A stretch of DNA of 64,000 nt from Bacteroidota bacterium (GTDB lineage: Bacteria; Bacteroidota; Bacteroidia; AKYH767-A; OLB10). The stretch's first letter is position 1. Each line of letters begins with the position of its first letter. Location of the stretch: positions 1,716 through 65,715 of the forward strand of contig JANOXC010000154.1 of the NCBI GenBank assembly GCA_031418215.1, given 5' to 3'. The notes beneath the pieces are model-generated. The model was not told the origin of the DNA. It did not search any database and was given only the letters and a program-made list of their open reading frames with translations. Below are positions 30,276 to 41,720 of the stretch, piece by piece. Position numbers and translations under genes: made by a program.

Positions 30276-31031
30276 TTATTTTAACCTAAAAAGTAGCGGT
30301 TTACTGGGACTTGCATCATTCTCAAACGATGCCATTTGAAGATTTAAAAGGTACATCCCGTCTGTAATCTCTGAAGGAACATAAATAAATTCTGTTATGG
30401 TAGCGTGCAGTCTTGTTTGCTCAGGATAATTCCAAAATGCATGATGAGCAAGCAACTGACCATTGTCCTGCTCGCGATCAACCGAGGGAAGGTCAATTAA
30501 AAGATGGTCGACCCCTTGCATGCGCAAATATAAAGCAGCATCGTGGTGTAAGTAAGGAGGATTGGTATTCGAATATTGCCTTGTCTGTTTTAAAAGATTA
30601 TTGGGCAACGTGCGAATCACAATTGCTTCGCAACGATCATTTCCAATTGCATCCAAAATTTGCCGGCGTGTAATGACTTGATCTTCTTCTACTACTTCAG
30701 GTGTGATCGTAATTAATTTAGCAAGAAAGAAAAACTGTTTCAATTCCTTGTTAATTGAATACCACTCCTTGCTGATATGCCCTACACATTCCGTATGCGT
30801 GCCATGTCCATGTGGATTAAAATAAATATCACGAAAATTGACTGACCCTCCCTGGTTAACATCACCAATCCAATCAGCGGTTTTAACCGGTTCTATCCTT
30901 ACTGGTTTAACATACCAGGCACTCAATTTTCCGGGGCCGGCTTCAAGGGGAATAGAGATGTCGATTGGTTCTGACAGGTCAACTGTGATTTCATTAAGCT
31001 GATGTATAATGGTTGCAAGCATTGTATTCAC
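30276..31031 (-). CDS. cyclase family protein (arylformamidase/kynurenine formamidase-like)
   Basis: HGHGTHTECVGH resembles the HxGTHxDxPxH cyclase-family metal-binding motif; 251 aa. Confidence 0.5.
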   Translation of the reverse strand: MNTMLATIIHQLNEITVDLSEPIDISIPLEAGPGKLSAWYVKPVRIEPVKTADWIGDVNQGGSVNFRDIYFNPHGHGTHTECVGHISKEWYSINKELKQFFFLAKLITITPEVVEEDQVITRRQILDAIGNDRCEAIVIRTLPNNLLKQTRQYSNTNPPYLHHDAALYLRMQGVDHLLIDLPSVDREQDNGQLLAHHAFWNYPEQTRLHATITEFIYVPSEITDGMYLLNLQMASFENDASPSKPLLFRLK

Positions 31032-31093
31032 GTTACGCTGTTTGAAAAAGTTTGAATGGTTTAAATAGTTTGAAATGCTTAGACGTGTTAAAT

Positions 31094-32218
31094 TTAAATA
31101 AATAAATCCGAAGCAATACGATCGGCAATGAACTTTCCTTTTCGTGTTAGATACATGTGGCTATTTTCTGTTTTAAGTTCCCCTTTTAAAAGGTAAATTG
31201 CTGCTTCATTTTTCAGATGTTGCAATACTTCTTCACCGAAATGTTGCTGCACTATTTTCAAATCAACCCCCCATACGGTACGCAAGGAAGTCAACACATA
31301 TTCATTGTACTTCTCTGATGTCGTTAATACCTCTTTCGTAAATTCCAATTTACCTGATTCAACAGCCTTTATATATAATGGGTTATTGGAAACATTCCAT
31401 TGACGTGATGCCCCATCAAATGAATGAGCAGAAGGGCCAATTCCAAGATAAGGAATCCCCTTCCAATAAGATGTGTTATGTCTTGAATAAAAGCCGGGTT
31501 TAGCGAAATTAGATATTTCATACTGCTCAAAATTATTTTCCGCAGCATAATCTATCAGCCATTCAAATTGTGCGATGGCGTTTTCATCCTCAGCAACTTT
31601 TGAAATTCCTTTTTTAATTTGATACGCCAAAGCTGTTCGCGGCTCAATTGTAAGACAATAACAAGATAAATGTTGTACCGGCAAAGCGATGGCTTTCTTT
31701 AAATTATTCTGCCAGTCTAATAAGGAAAGATCAGGCAATCCATAAATCAAATCAATGGAAATATTATTAAAGCCTGCAGATGCAGCATCCATCACACTGT
31801 TAGTTGCTTCCGAGGAATTATGTGCACGGTTCATCCATTTTAAATCAACATCACGAAAAGATTGTATGCCGATGCTTAACCGATTGACTGGTGTTTCACG
31901 CAATTGCTTTATATACGCTTTGGAAAGATCATCAGGATTGGCTTCTAAGGTAATCTCCACCTCTTCATCAACAGAAAATAAATTGTGAATCGTTTCAAAT
32001 ATGGAAAGTAGTTCCGATGATGATAAAAGCGAAGGTGTTCCTCCACCTAAATAAATTGTTTCTATTTTATTATCCAACAAATAATCCTTTCGCAAAGTCA
32101 ATTCATTGTTAATTGCCGCAATCAGCGATTGTTTGTTTTGCAATGACGTGCTGAAATGAAAATCACAGTAATTGCAGGCTTGTTTGCAGAAGGGAATGTG
32201 AATGTAGATGCCCGACAT
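31094..32218 (-). CDS. hemW: radical SAM heme chaperone HemW (HemN-like)
   Basis: N-terminal CxxxCxxC (IHIPFCKQACNYCDF); 374 aa. Confidence 0.8.
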   Translation of the reverse strand: MSGIYIHIPFCKQACNYCDFHFSTSLQNKQSLIAAINNELTLRKDYLLDNKIETIYLGGGTPSLLSSSELLSIFETIHNLFSVDEEVEITLEANPDDLSKAYIKQLRETPVNRLSIGIQSFRDVDLKWMNRAHNSSEATNSVMDAASAGFNNISIDLIYGLPDLSLLDWQNNLKKAIALPVQHLSCYCLTIEPRTALAYQIKKGISKVAEDENAIAQFEWLIDYAAENNFEQYEISNFAKPGFYSRHNTSYWKGIPYLGIGPSAHSFDGASRQWNVSNNPLYIKAVESGKLEFTKEVLTTSEKYNEYVLTSLRTVWGVDLKIVQQHFGEEVLQHLKNEAAIYLLKGELKTENSHMYLTRKGKFIADRIASDLFI

Positions 32219-33732
32219 TATTCTATCTTGAGTATTTTCCTTGTAACTTGCTCTCCATCATTATTTGTTAGCTGAATAAAATATATTCCATCAAAATATC
32301 TTGTGAAGTCTATCCACGCATTTTTTGTAAATGCTCCAGAAAACAACTCTCTGCCGGTAACATCATATATTTTCAAAGTAGCTTGCATAAACCTGTCTGA
32401 TGAAACATTACAAAATTGCTTAACCGGGTTTGGCGAAATTGACAAACAATATTTTTCATATGGTGTTATTTCATTTATTCCAATATTACATAAACCAGAA
32501 GGCCCAAGATTATAGTTAACCATATTAGGCAGTCCGAACATACAACGCTTTCCACCTAAATAAAAACTTAAGGGTGAAAAATTACAGCCGTTTCCCGGTA
32601 TATTTGGATCATTAATAACCGATAAATTCATGTTAAAAGAATTATAAAATATATTTGGATTATTGGTTGTGCCAATGCCTCCGTATAAGCCTGCAATATA
32701 AATTTTATAATCTGGAGCAAGTAACATTTGGCCCAAAACAAACTTTGTAACAGTATCGCTCCATAAATTAATTTTACTTGAAGAAATATTTGCAGCTGTT
32801 AAATCATATTGATATAAACTGTCTTCAGTTGAAATGTATATAATATTTCCATTTGGAGATAATTCACAACCATATAAAGACGAGCCGGCAACATATGTAT
32901 TGTTCGACGGAATTGTTATTTGATTACTTAAAAGTCCTGTGCATCTGTCAAAGTCAAATACGTTTATGATATTGGGAATCCCAACCATTGCACATCGCGT
33001 ACCATCCTTACTGAATTTAATAGGACCCAAAACCCCGTTGGCCCCACTATTTTGAAAAAGTGTTCCTGTATTTTGTATGTAAGGTCCATTTATTCCAGCA
33101 GGTGTTACCAGAAATTCTATGAAATGATTATTATTTGATTCATGTGATAAAACCCACCAATCCCGACCATTACCATGCTTACAGGCCGACAATTTCTCAG
33201 TCAATATTGCAGCATGCAAAAGATTGTTTTTAGAAACCACATCGCCGAGCCCACCATTCGTTGTCATATCAACCACTGAGTAATATAATCCTCGTTGCAT
33301 TCCCGTAATTACTGGAGAATTAATATTATTTTTAAAAATATAGTAATGGATTGAATCATTTGGAAGTGGAATTATTAATGATCCTTGCGTGCAGGATAAA
33401 TTACCAACAAGACTATCTCCATTGGGCATCATCATATGATTTCTGTCGTATACATCACTAAAATCATAAGGATAATTATTAGTCCCTACCCAAACAGAGT
33501 CAGCACCATTCACATGAAAAAGCAATCCGCCATCTTTATCAGAAATAGTTGCATAATCTTCGCCCCCAATTCCTTTTAACCCGGTATTAAATGCAAAAGG
33601 AGCTGATAAGTTATTAAAGTTTAATCCAACGCCATCATCAAACACCCAAATTCTATCTTGTTTCTGACAAAATGTGAAAGCAACACTTATCAGAATAAAC
33701 AAAATTGTAAGAAGTATGGTTTTCATTTGCAA
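32218..33732 (-). CDS. secreted protein of unknown function with type-A T9SS C-terminal domain (family member 1)
   Basis: Signal peptide. C-terminus ..ATLKIYDVTGREL..GIYFIQL. Shares conserved motifs with 49007-50566 (RIWVFDD, HGNGRDWWVLSH, DFDRCTG, YNMNLSVINDPN, FSPLSFYLGGKR). Confidence 0.7.
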   Translation of the reverse strand: MQMKTILLTILFILISVAFTFCQKQDRIWVFDDGVGLNFNNLSAPFAFNTGLKGIGGEDYATISDKDGGLLFHVNGADSVWVGTNNYPYDFSDVYDRNHMMMPNGDSLVGNLSCTQGSLIIPLPNDSIHYYIFKNNINSPVITGMQRGLYYSVVDMTTNGGLGDVVSKNNLLHAAILTEKLSACKHGNGRDWWVLSHESNNNHFIEFLVTPAGINGPYIQNTGTLFQNSGANGVLGPIKFSKDGTRCAMVGIPNIINVFDFDRCTGLLSNQITIPSNNTYVAGSSLYGCELSPNGNIIYISTEDSLYQYDLTAANISSSKINLWSDTVTKFVLGQMLLAPDYKIYIAGLYGGIGTTNNPNIFYNSFNMNLSVINDPNIPGNGCNFSPLSFYLGGKRCMFGLPNMVNYNLGPSGLCNIGINEITPYEKYCLSISPNPVKQFCNVSSDRFMQATLKIYDVTGRELFSGAFTKNAWIDFTRYFDGIYFIQLTNNDGEQVTRKILKIE

Positions 33733-33907
33733 TGTGAATATACAGAAAAAAATGCATTCTTAAATTCACAATAACTCCTATTCAATAATGCTACATTTAA
33801 ACCGCAAAGAAACGCAAAGTTATACGCAAGGAACGCTGAGAGTTTTAATTGATCATCGTGTTCAATTCCTATTTGTATATTAGTAATGATTAGTAATTCG
33901 TGGATAA

Positions 33908-35059
33908 TTATTTCTTCAACACAATACGAAACGTAGTCCCTTTATTCGGATCAGAGCTCTTTACAAAAATTTGTCCGTTATGATATTCCTCCACTATTCT
34001 TTTACTGAGTGACAATCCTAATCCCCAGCCGCGACTTTTACTGGTGTAACCCGGCTTAAAAACAGTTTTGTATTTCGATTTAGGAATTCCCTTTCCTGTA
34101 TCACAGATATCAATATAAGCGAATTGCTGCTGGTCAGTTATTTTTACATTGATAGCTCCTTTTCCACTCATTGCATCAATAGCGTTTTTAAATACATTCT
34201 CCAGCACCCATTCAAACAATGGGACATTAAGAGGAGCTTCCACGTCGTAATTCTGCACGTTCTGCAATTCAAAAATCACTTTGGATGATGTACGTGTCTT
34301 GATATAATTGATGGAGTTCTGTAAAACCAACATGAGGCTTTCTTTCTTAAGTGCAGGCGCAGAACCAATTTTAGAGAAGCGTTCGGTAATTGTATTTAAT
34401 CGAATGATATCTTTTTCAATTTCAGCCAAATGTTCCCCTTGCTGAGGTTGTGCCTTTAAATATTCCAACCATGCCATTAATGAAGAGAGTGGTGTTCCCA
34501 GTTGATGCGCCGTTTCCTTCGCCATCCCAACCCATACCTGGTTCTGCTCTGCATTACGTGAGCTGCTGAAAGCAAAATAGGAAACCAATAAAAACAAGCC
34601 TATCACTAACAACTGAAAAAACGGATAGTACCGCAACTGTGTAAGCAGGTAAGAATCTTTGTAATAGATATAGTTTTTCTGATTATCACCAAAGGAAATT
34701 TCAATTGGTGCATGTGCTTTACGCATCAATGTGATTTGTTCCTTCAAATAATTGGGATCATCAGCAGCCTGCAATGAATCAAGGTTACGAAATGACACGG
34801 TCTGCTTTCCATCAAACAAAATCATCGGAACAGTGGTGTTATTAGTCAGCACAGATACAGCAAAGCTGATATCACCAGCTTCTGTATTGATATCGGAAAT
34901 ATGCTTGACTGCTTCGGCCCAAAGCTCTACGCGCTTTTTTTCTTCGCCAGCTAACTCGCCAGCCAGTTTATTGGTATACCACATCGAGCTGATACCAATA
35001 AGCATTGCCGCTATTAATAGCAATAATTTCCAGCGTTGTTTACGTGTATATATATTCAC
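33908..35059 (-). CDS. sensor histidine kinase
   Basis: Two N-terminal transmembrane helices, H-box (AHQLGTPLSSL) and HATPase_c motifs (DTGKGIP, GWGLGLSL); 383 aa. Confidence 0.8.
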   Translation of the reverse strand: MNIYTRKQRWKLLLLIAAMLIGISSMWYTNKLAGELAGEEKKRVELWAEAVKHISDINTEAGDISFAVSVLTNNTTVPMILFDGKQTVSFRNLDSLQAADDPNYLKEQITLMRKAHAPIEISFGDNQKNYIYYKDSYLLTQLRYYPFFQLLVIGLFLLVSYFAFSSSRNAEQNQVWVGMAKETAHQLGTPLSSLMAWLEYLKAQPQQGEHLAEIEKDIIRLNTITERFSKIGSAPALKKESLMLVLQNSINYIKTRTSSKVIFELQNVQNYDVEAPLNVPLFEWVLENVFKNAIDAMSGKGAINVKITDQQQFAYIDICDTGKGIPKSKYKTVFKPGYTSKSRGWGLGLSLSKRIVEEYHNGQIFVKSSDPNKGTTFRIVLKK

Positions 35060-35087
35060 TCCCGGAAACTAATTATATATAAAAATA

Positions 35088-38000
35088 TCAGGCTAATGTG
35101 CGTTTAACTGCAACCTGTTCGTAGCCTTCAATAATGTCACCTGTTTGTATATCATTGAAGTTGGTAAGGCTCAGTCCGCATTCAAATCCAGATGATACTT
35201 CTTTTGCATCATCCTTAAATCTCTTCAAAGAGGCAAGTTCACCAGAGAATGCAACAATACCATCTCTTACTACCCGGACCTTGGTATTGCGTGAAATTTT
35301 TCCATCCAACACCATGCAACCAGCAACGGTTCCGACTTTTGGAATCTTAAATACTTCACGCACTTCAATATTTCCAACAATTTTCTCTTCAAATTCAGGA
35401 GCCAACATTCCTTCCATCGCTGCCTTCACTTCATTGATAGCATCATAAATGATAGAATATAAACGAATATCAATTTGTTCCTGCTCGGCAAGTTTACGTG
35501 CACTTACAGAAGGACGAACCTGGAAACCAATGATAATTGCATTGGATGCAGAAGCCAACATGATATCTGACTCAGAGATCTGTCCTACTGATTTATGAAT
35601 GACATTTACCTGTATCTCCGGATTCGAAAGTTTTAATAAACTATCAGATAATGCTTCAATAGAACCATCCACATCACCTTTCACAATTACATTCAATTCC
35701 TTGAAATTACCAATTGCCAGACGACGACCAATTTCATCCAGTGTAATATGTTTAAAAGTTCGAATACCTTGTTCGCGTTGCAATTGTAAACGTTTGTTGG
35801 CAATGTCGCGTGCTTCACGTTCATCATCCATCACATTAAACTGATCACCCGCTTGAGGCGCACCCGTCATACCTAAAATCATAGCTGGAGCTGATGGCCC
35901 CGCCTCCGTAATTTTTCCTCCACGCTCATTGAACATTGCTTTTACGCGACCGCTATAACATCCTGCCAATACCACATCGCCAATACGCAATGTTCCGGTT
36001 TGAACCAAAATGGTAGTTACATATCCACGCCCTTTATCCAGTGAAGACTCAATGACGGTTCCCTTAGCATTCCGTTCTGGATTCGCTTTAAGATCGAGCA
36101 ATTCTGCTTCCAATAAAACTTTCTCCAGCAATTTATCAATATTCAATCCTTTCTTCGCTGAGATGTCCTGACTTTGATATTTACCTCCCCATGATTCAAC
36201 GAGGAAATTCATACTCGCCAATTGCTCTTTTATTCTTTCAGGGTTTGATTCTGATTTATCTACCTTGTTAATTGCAAAAACAATGGGAACACCTGCAGCC
36301 ATGGCATGGTTGATTGCCTCTTTCGTTTGTGGCATCACGCTATCATCGGCAGCTACAACAATAATTGCAACATCAGTAACTTTCGCACCGCGGGCACGCA
36401 TTGCAGTAAACGCTTCGTGACCTGGAGTGTCTAAGAATGTTATTTTCTTGTTGTTCTCCAGTGTTACTTCGTAAGCACCAATATGCTGTGTAATACCACC
36501 GGCCTCACCTGCTATGACATTGGCTTTCCTTATGTAATCCAATAAAGATGTTTTACCATGATCAACGTGACCCATCACTGTAACGATTGGTGCACGTGTT
36601 TTCAATTCATCTTCTGTATCTATTTTCTCATTAATTGCTTCCTGAACATCAGCAGAAACAAACTCAACCTTGTAACCAAACTCTCCGGCAACAACTGATA
36701 AGGTTTCTGCATCCAATCGCTGATTGATGGATACAAACATTCCCAAACTCATACAAGTGGAAATGATTTGCGTAACAGAAATATCCATCAGCTTCGCCAA
36801 TTCATTTGCCGAAACAAATTCCGTTACCTGAATTAATTTTTCAGAAGTTTGTTCAGCAATCTGCTCTGCACGTTGTGCATGTGCTGTTCTTTTTTCCTTA
36901 CGAAACTTAGAAGCTTTTGATTTACCAGAGCCACTTAATCGTGCAAGGGTTGCTTTTATCTGATCCTGAATTTCTTTTTCTGTAGGCTCAACGCGAGGTG
37001 AAGATGTGGAAGGCCCCCTGTAAGCTCCTGTACCTCGTGGTCTGCCGGCATTACTACCAGCTGCTGGTGCAGCACCTGCTCCCTTTTGATCAGGACGTTT
37101 CCAATCTTTGAGTTTATCAGAACTGCTTGTACCTGCAACATTTGATGTAGGTCCGCCTTTCTGATCTTTACGTTTCCGTTTGCGCTTCTCCGCATTTTTT
37201 TCAAAATCTGAAGAAGACGCTACCGGTTTCTTCTTGGGTTGCTCTGTTGGCAATTGAATTTTTCCAAGGATATTTGGTCCTGTTAATTTTTCAATGCGAA
37301 CGCTAAAATGCTCGGGAGGGACAGGCCCCTCTTTTGTTTCAACTATTGGTGCTTCCGGTGTTGTTTCAACCGGTGCCGCATCAACAGGAATTGTTGTTTC
37401 AGCAACAGGTGAAGCTTCTTCAACCACCGGAGCGTCTTCCTTCTTCTTCCCTTTGGTTGCTTTTTTACTAGCTGCAGCTTTTTTTAATGCTTCAGCTTCT
37501 GCAGCTTTTTGGTCTGCGATTTCTTTATCCTTTTTTGCTTTGCTTTTCTTAGCACGCGGTTCTTCTAATTCAATTTTACCAAGAACCTTTGGCCCGTCAT
37601 TTTTTTCAATAGTTGCTTTAATGACCTCAGGAGCTGCAATTTTTTCAACTTCCTTTTCTTCTTTTTCCTCTTTTTTACTCTTCGCTTTTGGCTTTACATT
37701 TTCTGCTGCAGCTGCGGATTTAATTTTGTCAAGACTTTCTTTCAGCGTTTCATCCGTTTCGGATTCCATTTCCGATTTACCTGCTTTACCTGAAGATGGC
37801 TTTACCTCAATAACAATATTATCACGCTTGAGTTTTTCTTTCGTTACCTCTTGCGCATCAAGACGCGCCAGCTTATCAGGCTGATATTTTTCCTGTAAAA
37901 TAGCATACACCTCCGGAGAGATTTTTGCGTTAGGATTGCTGTCAACCTTCACACCTTTACTCTCAAGGTATTCCACAACATGCTGCATTCCCACGTTAAA

Positions 38001-38090
38001 CTCTTTGGCAACTTTAATAAGGCGTAATGCTTTTTCTTCGGCCATGCTTATCTGTTCGGTCAAATTATTTTTTTTAATAGATGAATTCAC
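35088..38090 (-). CDS. infB: translation initiation factor IF-2
   Basis: Low-complexity N-terminal region. G-domain ([24 protein letters not shown]); 1000 aa. Confidence 0.9.
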   Translation of the reverse strand: MNSSIKKNNLTEQISMAEEKALRLIKVAKEFNVGMQHVVEYLESKGVKVDSNPNAKISPEVYAILQEKYQPDKLARLDAQEVTKEKLKRDNIVIEVKPSSGKAGKSEMESETDETLKESLDKIKSAAAAENVKPKAKSKKEEKEEKEVEKIAAPEVIKATIEKNDGPKVLGKIELEEPRAKKSKAKKDKEIADQKAAEAEALKKAAASKKATKGKKKEDAPVVEEASPVAETTIPVDAAPVETTPEAPIVETKEGPVPPEHFSVRIEKLTGPNILGKIQLPTEQPKKKPVASSSDFEKNAEKRKRKRKDQKGGPTSNVAGTSSSDKLKDWKRPDQKGAGAAPAAGSNAGRPRGTGAYRGPSTSSPRVEPTEKEIQDQIKATLARLSGSGKSKASKFRKEKRTAHAQRAEQIAEQTSEKLIQVTEFVSANELAKLMDISVTQIISTCMSLGMFVSINQRLDAETLSVVAGEFGYKVEFVSADVQEAINEKIDTEDELKTRAPIVTVMGHVDHGKTSLLDYIRKANVIAGEAGGITQHIGAYEVTLENNKKITFLDTPGHEAFTAMRARGAKVTDVAIIVVAADDSVMPQTKEAINHAMAAGVPIVFAINKVDKSESNPERIKEQLASMNFLVESWGGKYQSQDISAKKGLNIDKLLEKVLLEAELLDLKANPERNAKGTVIESSLDKGRGYVTTILVQTGTLRIGDVVLAGCYSGRVKAMFNERGGKITEAGPSAPAMILGMTGAPQAGDQFNVMDDEREARDIANKRLQLQREQGIRTFKHITLDEIGRRLAIGNFKELNVIVKGDVDGSIEALSDSLLKLSNPEIQVNVIHKSVGQISESDIMLASASNAIIIGFQVRPSVSARKLAEQEQIDIRLYSIIYDAINEVKAAMEGMLAPEFEEKIVGNIEVREVFKIPKVGTVAGCMVLDGKISRNTKVRVVRDGIVAFSGELASLKRFKDDAKEVSSGFECGLSLTNFNDIQTGDIIEGYEQVAVKRTLA

Positions 38091-38139
38091 TCAATTCTTC
38101 AGGAGAAGTCTATCGCTCATACCGGTAAACCTCATTCAA

Positions 38140-39375
38140 TTATTCAAATTCTGTTTTCAATATTCGTACTACTTCTTTAATGGTCTCTTCTTCGAGATCG
38201 GTACGTGTTACGAGGTCTTCAACGGTGATATTAAGAACACTCTTCGCAGTATCACAACCGATATTTTTTAACTCATCAATTATCCAAGGATCAATTTCAT
38301 CACTAAATTCATCAAGGTCAACATCTTCATCTTCATCTTCGGAATCACGGTAAACATCAATTTCATATCCGGTTAACCGGCCTGCCAGTTTAATATTGTG
38401 GCCACCTTTTCCAATAGCAAGAGAAACCTGGTCAGGGCGCATAAATACAGCGGCCTTTTTTGTTTCATCATCAAGCTTTATACTGGTAATTTTTGCCGGA
38501 CTGATGGCGCGTGATATATATAACTGAAGGTTGTTGGTGAAATTGATCACGTCAATATTTTCATTGCGCAATTCGCGAACGATACCATGAATACGTGATC
38601 CTTTCATACCTACACATGCTCCAACAGGGTCAATACGGTCATCATATGATTCAACAGCAACCTTTGCACGTTCGCCCGGCTCACGGACAATATTTTTAAT
38701 GGTAATCAGTCCGTCAAATATTTCCGGAACTTCTTGTTCGAATAACCGCTCAAGAAAAACAGGAGCAATACGTGAAAGAATAATTTTCGGATTGGCATTC
38801 ACCATCTCCACACGCAAAACAACAGCCCGCACAGTATCGCCTTTCTTATAAAAATCAGCCGGTATCATTTCGTTTTTAGGCAACATCAATTCATTGCCTT
38901 CATCATCTAAAACAAGCAATTCTTTCTTCCAAACCTGATAAACTTCACCTGTTATAATTTCACCAACGCGATCCTTATATTTCCTGTATATACCATCTTT
39001 CTCTAATTCTGAAATCCTGGAAACAAGATTTTGACGTAGTGCCAATACAGCACGCCTTCCAAAATCTCCCATCTTCACTTCTTCCGTAACATCTTCCCCA
39101 ACTTCAAAATCAGGTTCAATTTTTACAGCTTCTGAATAGGCAATCTGTGCAGCATCATCTTCTACCATGCCATCATCAACAATGGTTCGGTTGCGCCAAA
39201 TTTCAAGATCGCCTTTGTCGAGGTTAATGATGATATCAAAATTATCAGCTGTCCCATAACGTTTGCGCAACATACCCCGAATTACATCATCGAGTATGCT
39301 CATCATTGTGGCACGGTCAATATTTTTTACGTCTTTGAATTCCGAGAAGGATTCGATCAATACCTGGTGATCCAT
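38140..39375 (-). CDS. nusA: transcription termination/antitermination factor NusA
   Basis: S1 and KH domain signatures, acidic C-terminal region; placed between rimP and infB. Confidence 0.9.
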   Translation of the reverse strand: MDHQVLIESFSEFKDVKNIDRATMMSILDDVIRGMLRKRYGTADNFDIIINLDKGDLEIWRNRTIVDDGMVEDDAAQIAYSEAVKIEPDFEVGEDVTEEVKMGDFGRRAVLALRQNLVSRISELEKDGIYRKYKDRVGEIITGEVYQVWKKELLVLDDEGNELMLPKNEMIPADFYKKGDTVRAVVLRVEMVNANPKIILSRIAPVFLERLFEQEVPEIFDGLITIKNIVREPGERAKVAVESYDDRIDPVGACVGMKGSRIHGIVRELRNENIDVINFTNNLQLYISRAISPAKITSIKLDDETKKAAVFMRPDQVSLAIGKGGHNIKLAGRLTGYEIDVYRDSEDEDEDVDLDEFSDEIDPWIIDELKNIGCDTAKSVLNITVEDLVTRTDLEEETIKEVVRILKTEFE

Positions 39376-39382
39376 TTTATTA

Positions 39383-39853
39383 TTATTTGATTTTGAAATT
39401 TAACACTAATTTAGATTCGCGCACTTCATTGTACTTAAAACTTATTAAGGACTCAGTGCGTATTTTAACTTTCTTTTCTTTTTTTTCTGTGACAGCCAGC
39501 ATTTCAAAGCCATTTTGATCAGCTTTCTGAAGCAAGCCTTTTGACTCCTTCCCTTCCTGGTCAACCACCCGTATTTCACGACCTATCCTGCGAAGATACT
39601 GCTGCGGAACCTTTAAAGGCATTTCCATTCCCGGCGAAGAAACCTCAATATCATGCTTTTCCAGGAAACCATCAGGCTCCAGTACTGTAAGCAGATGACG
39701 GTTAAGTGCAGAACATTCCTCTAATTGAATACCGGTAGGTTTATCTAAAAATATGGTCAGCTTTCCGGGTGATAAATGAATATCAACCAGGAACTGATCT
39801 GTCCCTTTGATAAAGGCCTCAATGGTGTTTTTGATCTCTTCTTTGTTCATCAC
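39383..39853 (-). CDS. rimP: ribosome maturation factor RimP
   Basis: 156 aa, upstream of nusA and infB in the conserved operon; RimP-like N-terminal region. Confidence 0.85.
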   Translation of the reverse strand: MMNKEEIKNTIEAFIKGTDQFLVDIHLSPGKLTIFLDKPTGIQLEECSALNRHLLTVLEPDGFLEKHDIEVSSPGMEMPLKVPQQYLRRIGREIRVVDQEGKESKGLLQKADQNGFEMLAVTEKKEKKVKIRTESLISFKYNEVRESKLVLNFKIK

Positions 39854-39992
39854 CGGATAATGAAAGAGGGGACTTTTCCGTCCCCTCTTAAAATTTCAAC
39901 AAGGCAAAAGTACTTCTTTTTCCCTCATCTCCAATAGCAAAACAATAAAATTTTAAAGGCCTTATGACTGCCGAAACGCTAATATTGCGCCC

Positions 39993-41027
39993 ATGAAATG
40001 GATTAACTTCAGTTATAAGGGCATGATGCTGGCTTCCATGACGGTAAGCAGGGCTATCAATGCCTACCGGAATCCGGCAAAACTGGACTTTGAACGGATT
40101 TTATTCATCAGAATGGATGAAATCGGCGATATGATCTATTCCACCCATATTTTTGAGATGGTAAGAAAACAGTTTCCAAAAGCCAAAATCACCCTTTTAT
40201 GCAAATCATACGGCAAAGCTTTGCTGAAATCCGACCGGAATATTGATGAAATCATCACTTCTTGGGCAGATTTAAAAGGGAGTTTTGACCTCATCGTCGA
40301 CTTAAAAAGCGACTGGAAAAGCATTGGATATTCCCTAAAAGCCTGGCCAAAGATCCGACTCGACCGGGGAACGGTACGGGTTATTGACGCTGCGAAAGGG
40401 GAATACCCTCATGAAGTAATTACCAATTACCAAATCATTGCTCCCATCATCAGTGAAAAAAATAAAAATCTTCAGCCTCATATTGCTTTAAGTGATGATG
40501 ATTTAAAAGCTGCAGAGCAATTTATTGCTGACGATGAATTAGGCTCCTTTGCACTGCTTCACATCAATGCAAGAAGAACATTACGAAAATGGCCTTTGCA
40601 GAATTTCTGTCAGCTTGCCAATTACTTACACAACGAGAAAAAACTATCTGTTGTTTTTATTGGCGATGAAAGTGAGGCAGCAGAAATTGCAGCAGCGCAA
40701 AAACAACTTGCGTTTAAAACGTTTAGCACTGCCGGAAATCTTTCACTGACACAATTGGCAGCATTAATGAAAAAAGCAACTATATATATTGGCAATGAAA
40801 GCGGGCCTCTACACATGGCGGCAATTATGCAGGTTCCCTGTCTTGGATTGTATGGACCGGGCCCGCAACATATTTTTTATCCTTATGGGAAACAAACAGC
40901 TGTGATTCATCATGTGCTCGAATGTAATCCGTGTGACCAGATTCATTGTGTTCACATTGATAATCCTTGCATACAAAGAATTACACTGGAGGAAGTGAAA
41001 GGTAAAATAAACGAATTACTCAGCTAA
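39993..41027 (+). CDS. glycosyltransferase family 9 (heptosyltransferase-like)
   Basis: GT9 fold motifs (..GDMI.., ..IGNESGPLHMAA..); 344 aa. The 3' end overlaps lspA convergently by 12 nt. Confidence 0.7.
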   Translation: MKWINFSYKGMMLASMTVSRAINAYRNPAKLDFERILFIRMDEIGDMIYSTHIFEMVRKQFPKAKITLLCKSYGKALLKSDRNIDEIITSWADLKGSFDLIVDLKSDWKSIGYSLKAWPKIRLDRGTVRVIDAAKGEYPHEVITNYQIIAPIISEKNKNLQPHIALSDDDLKAAEQFIADDELGSFALLHINARRTLRKWPLQNFCQLANYLHNEKKLSVVFIGDESEAAEIAAAQKQLAFKTFSTAGNLSLTQLAALMKKATIYIGNESGPLHMAAIMQVPCLGLYGPGPQHIFYPYGKQTAVIHHVLECNPCDQIHCVHIDNPCIQRITLEEVKGKINELLS

Positions 41028-41684
41028 CGTTTCAGGACTTTTTTCAACAGTCGGTGTTTCTGTTTGTATGTCCGATTCTACCTTCAACTCCATGGATTTC
41101 ATAAACCGTTTTTGAAAAATAATCCAAAGTAAAACACCAATAGAAATACTGCTGTCTGCTATATTAAATATGGGACGAAAAAATATAAAATCTTCGTTGC
41201 CCCAAATCGGAAACCAAGATGGAAAATGCCCTTCCAAAATAGGAAAATATAACATATCCACTACCTTACCATGCAGGAATTTTGAATACCCTCCCTCAGT
41301 CGAAAAAAGCTGTGCCACCTGGTATTCACTACTGTTAAAAACCATTCCATAAAAAGCACTGTCAATTAAATTTCCCAATGCGCCTGCAATGATTAGTGAA
41401 AGCGTGATTACATAAAGTGAATCATATTTTGTACGCGTCAGTTTATATAAATACCAGATGATGGCAATGACAAAAACAATTCGGAATAAACTGAGAAAGA
41501 GTTTTCCATATCCTCCACCAAATTCCATCCCAAAAGCCATTCCATAATTTTCAGTGAAATGTATTGTAAACCAATTTCCCAACACTTTGTATTCTTGTCC
41601 TAAATACATGGTGGTCTTTACCCAGAACTTAACACCCTGGTCGATCAACAACACCAAAAAAATAACAAGGAATGATTTTTTCAC
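41016..41684 (-). CDS. lspA: lipoprotein signal peptidase II, with a C-terminal charged extension
   Basis: LIDQGVKFWV, NYGMAFG and FNIADSSI motifs; 222 aa. Probable GTG start. Confidence 0.85.
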   Translation of the reverse strand: MKKSFLVIFLVLLIDQGVKFWVKTTMYLGQEYKVLGNWFTIHFTENYGMAFGMEFGGGYGKLFLSLFRIVFVIAIIWYLYKLTRTKYDSLYVITLSLIIAGALGNLIDSAFYGMVFNSSEYQVAQLFSTEGGYSKFLHGKVVDMLYFPILEGHFPSWFPIWGNEDFIFFRPIFNIADSSISIGVLLWIIFQKRFMKSMELKVESDIQTETPTVEKSPETLAE

Positions 41685-41720
41685 GCTATCGTTTCTTAAT
41701 AAGAATTATACTATTCAACC

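Noticed and set aside
37294-37884. 196-aa Ser/Ala-rich ORF antisense to infB, with similar antisense ORFs inside ileS, lepA, polA and the giant T9SS genes
   Set aside because: It has a low-complexity reverse-frame translation and is nested inside well-supported essential genes.
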